NCBI GenBank assembly: GCA_016794225.1
Contig: JAEUKQ010000002.1
Span: 8,347-72,346, forward strand
Origin: Alphaproteobacteria bacterium
GTDB taxonomy: Bacteria > Pseudomonadota > Alphaproteobacteria > JAEUKQ01
Length of the DNA stretch: 64,000 bases
Reading direction: 5' to 3'
In this document: piece by piece, positions 58,331 through 64,000 of the stretch
Layout: each line of letters begins with the position of its first letter
Numbering within the stretch: position 1 is the first letter of the stretch
Made by a program: the position numbers and the translations under genes
The notes under the pieces: model-generated
Databases searched by the model: none
What the model saw: only the letters and a program-made list of their open reading frames with translations
Told to the model about the DNA's origin: nothing

Positions 58331-58425
58331 GTGAGATTGATTAAGGTTGGTTTGACAAAGTGTTAATAGGTTGTTACAAAGCCTGACACCCTACAACAAC
58401 CAACCATTGAGCGATAGGAATTTTT

Positions 58426-59040
58426 ATGACACTTGCCTCGGAACTAGCGGCGCTTGGACAGGTTTTGCTGATAGACCTTGTTTTGGCTGCTGATAATGCC
58501 ATTATTGTAGGTATGGTTGCTGCGCGGTTGCCAAAAGAACAGCGTGCCCGTGTTATCATGATTGGTATCTTGGCTGCAACCATCATGCGGATTGGCTTTG
58601 CGGTTGTGACGTCGCACCTGTTGCAAATTATTGGATTGACCTTGGCGGGTGGTATTTTGTTGCTGTGGGTTTGCTGGAAATTATGGCGGGAAATTCGTGC
58701 AACAGCAGCGGAAAGCCATGAACTTGATGACCCTACTGGCGAGCGACCAATCAAAGATGGCGAAATCAAAACAACCCGTCAGGCAATTATTCAAATTGTA
58801 TTAGCCGATATTTCGATGTCACTCGATAATGTTTTGGCTGTTGCGGGGGCAGCAGGGGAACATACCTGGGTATTAATTATGGGTTTAACCTTGTCGGTGG
58901 CTTTTATGGGTATTGCGGCAACCTTGATTGCTCGGATACTAAAAAAATATCATTGGTTGTCTTATGTTGGCCTGATTACCATCTTGTATGTATCCTTAAA
59001 GATGATTTGGGAGGGATCAGAACAAGTTTTTCACTTCTAA
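58426..59040 (+). CDS. TerC family / YjbE-type integral membrane protein
   Basis: 204 aa. LIDLVLAADNAIIVG and LADISMSLDNVLAVAG are the duplicated TerC DN motifs. Confidence 0.85.
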   Translation: MTLASELAALGQVLLIDLVLAADNAIIVGMVAARLPKEQRARVIMIGILAATIMRIGFAVVTSHLLQIIGLTLAGGILLLWVCWKLWREIRATAAESHELDDPTGERPIKDGEIKTTRQAIIQIVLADISMSLDNVLAVAGAAGEHTWVLIMGLTLSVAFMGIAATLIARILKKYHWLSYVGLITILYVSLKMIWEGSEQVFHF

Positions 59041-59056
59041 ATAGTAATATACGCAG

Positions 59057-59923
59057 CTATTTGGAAAAAGATGGAATGGACGGGTGCAGGGCGGCAATTA
59101 AATCAAGATAGCCGGATTCGTCCGGTTTTATAACACCGTGTCTGATCATGAAATCGGCAATAACCAAGGCAGTGTTAAACTTAAAATCCTGTGTTGTTTC
59201 AAGGTGGTGCCGTACCTGTTCAATAGGCCAAAGATAAAAGCTGTCAACCTCGCCATCTTGGTTAACAGGTGTGAAGGTACCTGGTAATTCCAGGTCATAG
59301 CAGAAAATGGTATCGCAGCGCATGCCTTGCTGAAGCTGCATCATGTAAGATAACGCCCCAACCGGTTTTGCTTGTATGGCAATTGTTTTTGAAATGCCAG
59401 CCTCTTCATGGGCTTCTTTAATCAGATTCTCATGCAAGCTAAGACCGATTGGCAAACCACCTGCGACCAAATGATCAAGCTTTCCTGGTGCAACAGGCCG
59501 GTTTTGTGACCGCTTGGCAACCCAAAGTTTTAAATTTGCACCATGGCCTTGATAACCATTAACATGTAATCCATATCCTTTAATCCCAAGTTTAACAACG
59601 GCAGCGCGTTCAACATTAAGCAGTACAGGCTGCCCCCAGCCGGTAGCCACCGCATAATCTTCATCACGCCAGCCTTCCAAAGCACCTTGGTTAAATAATT
59701 TCTTAAAAACCGTATGCGCTGCAGACGTGCGTTGCCTGGGTGTTGTTAGGGATCGATGCATCGACAATTGCCCTTGATCAAGACAGAAGACATTTGAATG
59801 TAATTTTAACAGCTCTGCAAAATGATGATGAACCCAACCGACCTGTTGACCGCATACAACAAAAGGATAAAATTCTTTTAGGTCATAACGATGGCACTCT
59901 TGAATGCGCTGAATCAGGCTCAT
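59057..59923 (-). CDS. NUDIX hydrolase with N-terminal DUF4743-like domain
   Basis: 288 aa. Nudix box GGLPIGLSLHENLIKEAHEEAGI. Confidence 0.8.
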   Translation of the reverse strand: MSLIQRIQECHRYDLKEFYPFVVCGQQVGWVHHHFAELLKLHSNVFCLDQGQLSMHRSLTTPRQRTSAAHTVFKKLFNQGALEGWRDEDYAVATGWGQPVLLNVERAAVVKLGIKGYGLHVNGYQGHGANLKLWVAKRSQNRPVAPGKLDHLVAGGLPIGLSLHENLIKEAHEEAGISKTIAIQAKPVGALSYMMQLQQGMRCDTIFCYDLELPGTFTPVNQDGEVDSFYLWPIEQVRHHLETTQDFKFNTALVIADFMIRHGVIKPDESGYLDLIAALHPSIPSFSK

Positions 59924-59936
59924 GGGTTATTGTACC

Positions 59937-61133
59937 TTAAAAAATGTGTAACATATAGCCTTTTAAATAGGCTGTTTCAGGCAGTGCGGGATGCACGGGA
60001 TGATCAAGGCCAGCCTGACCATAATAAATAATTTTGCCATCGCGCTTTGATTCCCAAAGACCATGGCGTAACTGCTGTAATAATTCGCTGGGGGGGAGGT
60101 GGTGTGAACAGGAGGCGAAAAATAAATAACCGCCTGGCTTAACGGTTGCAGCGGCCAATTTGGCCAATTTGCGATAGCCACGACAACCAGCATAAAAATC
60201 TCTTTTGCTTTTGATAAAAGCGGGTGGGTCTACAATAACGATGTCAAAACCTGTCCCCTGATATCCTTCAAGAAACCTAAATACATCCTGTTGCTGCCAG
60301 GTGCACAGGTGATCCACTTTGTTTTCCCGTGCAGCCATAGCTGCCAACTCCAGGGCTTCGGCTGATCGATCGATACCAATAACGTTTTTTGCACCGCCCA
60401 GGGCGGCCATAACCGAAAACCCCCCTGAAAAGCAATAACAATCCAGCACGGTTTTATCCCTACACAATTGGGCAACCCAACGTCTATGATCGCGTTGATC
60501 AAAAAACCACCCTGTTTTTTGTCCATGGGTTAGATTGGCAAAAAACCAAGCCTGGTTTTCCTGTAAACGAACGATAGCATCATTTTTCCCAATAATTTCA
60601 GGCGGCACTATAGGTAATCCCTCGAGTTCCCGACTAGGGCTGTCACGCCGCAATACAATTCCATGTGGCGATAAAATGGTTGTAAAGACTTGTTGATGTT
60701 CACGCCATAATGTTTCACTGGCAGTAGTATTCAGCTGAACAACAAATTGATGGTCAAAGCGGTCAATGATCATCCCGGGAAAACCATCGGCTTCGGCATG
60801 AATTAATCGGTAAAATGGTGCTTTTAAGGCATGTTGCCGTAGATATAAGGCTTGTTCTAATCGCTCTTGCCAAAATCGGCTGTCGGGATTGATATTGGGC
60901 TGATGGCTTATAACCCGACCACAAATTAGCGAATGTGGGTTAAAATAAGCAAGGCTTATTGGTTGTTGCCGGCTGTTGAGTACGATGACCAAACTACCTG
61001 CTGGTATAAGTTTAGCCTGGGTCATGTTAATCTCATTCGCATAAATCCAGGGTAAATCAGCATGGCGGCGTTTATCGGCAGCAGGAAGTAGGGTAATTGA
61101 TGGAAGGGTTAATACAGACATTTCTTTCAGCAT
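59937..61133 (-). CDS. class I SAM-dependent rRNA methyltransferase, RlmI-like (PUA + MTase)
   Basis: 398 aa. VLDCYCFSGGFS (motif I), IVIVDPPAF (motif IV), FASCSHH. The start could be an internal ATG a few codons downstream. Confidence 0.8.
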   Translation of the reverse strand: MLKEMSVLTLPSITLLPAADKRRHADLPWIYANEINMTQAKLIPAGSLVIVLNSRQQPISLAYFNPHSLICGRVISHQPNINPDSRFWQERLEQALYLRQHALKAPFYRLIHAEADGFPGMIIDRFDHQFVVQLNTTASETLWREHQQVFTTILSPHGIVLRRDSPSRELEGLPIVPPEIIGKNDAIVRLQENQAWFFANLTHGQKTGWFFDQRDHRRWVAQLCRDKTVLDCYCFSGGFSVMAALGGAKNVIGIDRSAEALELAAMAARENKVDHLCTWQQQDVFRFLEGYQGTGFDIVIVDPPAFIKSKRDFYAGCRGYRKLAKLAAATVKPGGYLFFASCSHHLPPSELLQQLRHGLWESKRDGKIIYYGQAGLDHPVHPALPETAYLKGYMLHIF

Positions 61134-61136
61134 TAC

Positions 61137-62624
61137 TTATGAACGGGTTCGGGCTATAGCTTGTAACCAACCTTGATACAGGTTTTGTCGTTGATCATCA
61201 CTCATTTTTGGTTCAAATATGCGTTGTGATTTCCACAAAGTCGATATCGTCGCAAGATCGCCGAATATACCGGCACCCAATCCTGCTAAATAGGCGGCAC
61301 CAAGGGCTGTTGTTTCAGTTATTGATGGCCGTTCAATCGGCACACCAAGAATATCGGCCAAAAATTGCATCAACCAATCATTGGCCGTCATTCCCCCATC
61401 AACCCTGAGAATGCGGGGGTGGGTTGCGCCATCCAGCAACATTGTTTCCAGCAAATCACGTGTTTGATAGCAAACGGCTTCCAGGGCAGAGCGAACTATT
61501 TCGGCAATTCCAACATCCCTGGTCAATCCAAAAACCGCACCACGGGCATGTGGATCCCAATAAGGGGCACCTAAACCGGTAAAAGCCGGAACAAAATATA
61601 CCCCTTTATTGCTTGAAGTGTTAGCAGCCAACCTTTCGGTTTCCCCTGCTGCTTTGATCAATTTTAAACCATCGCGTAACCATTGAATGGCGGCACCAGC
61701 AACAAAAATACTACCTTCGCTGGCATAAGTGAAATGCCTGTTGGTTTGGTATCCAATGGTTGTTAATAGGCGATGGGTTGAATGAACGGCTTTTTCCCCG
61801 GTATTCATCAGCATAAAGCAACCCGTACCATAGGTGCTTTTGATCATGCCAGGTGTAAAACACGCCTGGCCAACTAAAGCAGCTTGTTGATCACCGGCAA
61901 TGCCGGTAATTGGCATAATCAATGGTAAAAGACCACGCGCTGTTTTTCCATAACCATAAGAAGATGGATAAACCGTTGGTAATATCGAGGCCGGGATATC
62001 AAACAAATCAAGCAAATCCTGATCCCATTGCCGTGTATGAATGTTATAGAGCATGGTACGGGCAGCATTTGTTACATCGGTTGCATGAACCTGACCCCCC
62101 GTTAAATTCCATAACAAGAAGCTGTCAATTGTGCCAAAGGCAACTTGACCCTGGCTTGCTTTATGCCGCAATCCATCAACATGATCCAGTATCCAACGTA
62201 CTTTGGTTGCTGAAAAATAGGGATCAAGTAACAGGCCGGTTTTTTGTTGGATAACGTTATCATAACCTTTGGCTATTAATTGCTGACAAAAATCGGCTGT
62301 GCGGCGGTCTTGCCAAACAATCGCGGGATAATATGCTTTTCCGGTTGTTTTGTCCCATAAAATGGTTGTTTCGCGTTGATTGGTGATGCCTAAAACAATT
62401 TTCGCGTGCTTGGGGACATTAGCCTGTTCTAATACGTGATTGCACAATTTTAAGCATGAAAGCCATATTTCGGATGGGTTATGTTCAACCCAACCATCTG
62501 CTGGAAAATATTGTTGCAGTTCCTGTTGGCTTGTACCAAGAGGTTTACCGGCTGCGTCAAATAAAATAGCCCGGCTACTGGTTGTACCCTGATCAAGAGC
62601 CAATAAAAATTCAGAAGAAGCCAT
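61137..62624 (-). CDS. glpK: glycerol kinase
   Basis: 495 aa. [41 protein letters not shown]. Confidence 0.93.
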   Translation of the reverse strand: MASSEFLLALDQGTTSSRAILFDAAGKPLGTSQQELQQYFPADGWVEHNPSEIWLSCLKLCNHVLEQANVPKHAKIVLGITNQRETTILWDKTTGKAYYPAIVWQDRRTADFCQQLIAKGYDNVIQQKTGLLLDPYFSATKVRWILDHVDGLRHKASQGQVAFGTIDSFLLWNLTGGQVHATDVTNAARTMLYNIHTRQWDQDLLDLFDIPASILPTVYPSSYGYGKTARGLLPLIMPITGIAGDQQAALVGQACFTPGMIKSTYGTGCFMLMNTGEKAVHSTHRLLTTIGYQTNRHFTYASEGSIFVAGAAIQWLRDGLKLIKAAGETERLAANTSSNKGVYFVPAFTGLGAPYWDPHARGAVFGLTRDVGIAEIVRSALEAVCYQTRDLLETMLLDGATHPRILRVDGGMTANDWLMQFLADILGVPIERPSITETTALGAAYLAGLGAGIFGDLATISTLWKSQRIFEPKMSDDQRQNLYQGWLQAIARTRS

Positions 62625-62817
62625 AATGAACCTTTTTTGTATTTAATTATATGGGCATCCAGCACCTAATAAGTCAAGCTGACATTTTTATGAGCATTAG
62701 CCAAGTGGAATTGCTTAAAATGCTGTTGTCGGTTGATGGGAAGTGTTTTATGGTAACGTGCCATTTATAAAAATGGGCGCCACGTGACAGAAAAAATGAA
62801 AGCAGACGAGATCAACA

Positions 62818-63714
62818 ATGACCCTTCATAAAACAACTTCTGAACAGTCTATTAAGCTATTGTCGCATTTTGCTGAAATATCCGACCATTATGATGGATT
62901 TATTATTGATTTATGGGGGGTATTGCATGATGGGGTTATGGCTTATCCTGGGGCGGTCGATTGTTTGCGCCGCTTAAAGCAGGCTGGCAAGAAAATTTTA
63001 TTGTTATCTAATGCGCCGCGCCGCGCCGCTGTGGTTGCAGATGGTACAGCAAAAATAGGTTTTTTAAAGGATTCGTACGATTTTCTTCATTCCTCGGGCG
63101 AGGAAACATGGCAGCAATTATATAAGCGCAGTGATCATTGGCATCGCCGTTTAGGAACAAAGTGTCTGGCCATTTTTGCCGAATCGGATCGTCCTTTTTT
63201 TCAGGGGTTAGATTTACAGCTGGTGCAGGAACCACAGCATGCCGAATTTGTTTTGGCGGTGGGTATTCGCAATTTTGGCGATACCGTTGATTTATATGCC
63301 AGCGCACTAAAAAAAGCACAGCAGCAAGGGTTACCAATGCTGTGTGTTAACCCAGACCTTGAGATTATCCGGCAAGGGAAGCGCGAAATTTGTGCCGGGG
63401 CTTTGGCACAATATTATGAACAAATTGGTGGCGAAGTACGCTATCACGGCAAACCGCATCCGGCGGTTTATCAACATGCCCTGAAATTATTGGGTGGTCT
63501 TGATAAAAATAAAATATTGGCGGTTGGTGATGCCTTACGCACAGACATTGCCGGTGCAACCACCATGGGGTTGGATAGTCTTTGGATTCTTGGGGGTATT
63601 CATGCTGAAGGGTTACTGCTGAACCAACAGCAAGGATTAAAACAACGCCTTGTGGAAATGGCAGAAAAGGCAGCATTAAAACCTGTTGCGGGTCTACCAC
63701 GATTTGTTTGGTAG
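62818..63714 (+). CDS. HAD-superfamily class IIA hydrolase (TIGR01459-like)
   Basis: 298 aa. FIIDLWGVLHDG (DxxG nucleophile motif), LLSNAPR, GKPHP, VGDALRTDIAGA. Confidence 0.8.
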   Translation: MTLHKTTSEQSIKLLSHFAEISDHYDGFIIDLWGVLHDGVMAYPGAVDCLRRLKQAGKKILLLSNAPRRAAVVADGTAKIGFLKDSYDFLHSSGEETWQQLYKRSDHWHRRLGTKCLAIFAESDRPFFQGLDLQLVQEPQHAEFVLAVGIRNFGDTVDLYASALKKAQQQGLPMLCVNPDLEIIRQGKREICAGALAQYYEQIGGEVRYHGKPHPAVYQHALKLLGGLDKNKILAVGDALRTDIAGATTMGLDSLWILGGIHAEGLLLNQQQGLKQRLVEMAEKAALKPVAGLPRFVW

Positions 63715-63718
63715 GGTG

Positions 63719-63949
63719 TTAACTAATTTGTCTGGCGGCCTCAATCGCCGATTTAGCATCGGTGTAGGTATGCGGTGCCAAGTTGGTCTGGTCGGCAGTT
63801 TTTTGTTGGGATGCAGATGTAATATCAGCAGCAAGGGAGGCCGTACTTGTTCCCGATATTGCTTGTTGCGGGGGCGGTAGGGCAATATTCGGAGATGTTT
63901 GGCTTGTTCTATCGTTCTTGTCACCTGCTGAAGTTAGGGAAATAATCAT
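63719..63949 (-). CDS. hypothetical low-complexity S/T/A/Q-rich protein (start uncertain, the frame stays open to the window edge)
   Basis: ORF ends ...HTYTDAKSAIEAARQIS*. Internal ATG at 63949. No recognisable motif. May be the C-terminus of a longer protein that begins beyond 64000. Confidence 0.3.
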   Translation of the reverse strand: MIISLTSAGDKNDRTSQTSPNIALPPPQQAISGTSTASLAADITSASQQKTADQTNLAPHTYTDAKSAIEAARQIS

Positions 63950-64000
63950 GTTATTCTCGGTGCCAGGCGAAGATGATGGCGGATAACGCCAAACCAACTG

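Noticed and set aside
58331-58425. yybP-ykoY (Mn2+) riboswitch upstream of the TerC-family gene
   Set aside because: No GGGGAGUAG-type or matching 3' conserved segment is present. Only the non-canonical competing helices reported as a low-interest finding were seen.

Overview
This window looks like a gene-dense, largely syntenic core-chromosome segment of a moderately AT-rich alphaproteobacterium. The lineage markers are a DivL-type kinase with Tyr at the phosphoacceptor position, ChvI/ChvG, AddAB, the system I cytochrome c maturation genes ccmDEFGHI, and two conserved strings: ffs-dnaX-ybaB-recR and tsaE-amgK-murU-addB-addA-trxA. I call about 68 CDS (one partial at each window edge), 3 tRNAs (Ala-GGC, Arg-ACG, Arg-CCT), the SRP RNA, several rho-independent terminators and two weak promoter predictions. 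I saw no rRNA, CRISPR array, transposase, integrase, phage genes or recognisable defence island, and I could not identify a clear novel system. The items most worth a second look are listed here. (1) A 24-codon KPAA-repeat sORF that appears to be its own transcription unit downstream of folC. (2) A translationally coupled VanW plus Cys-motif/GT-B-like gene pair. (3) An 1172-aa fusion oxidoreductase with an unassigned N-terminal region, followed 5 nt later by an FAH-family gene. (4) An orphan Zn-ribbon methyltransferase with a degenerate SAM motif beside tRNA-Arg(ACG). (5) No hprK between chvG and rapZ in an otherwise canonical chvI-chvG-(hprK)-rapZ-EIIA(Man)-NPr-ahcY locus. All protein family calls come from motif and pattern recognition on the supplied translations. 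No database search or numerical composition analysis was run.
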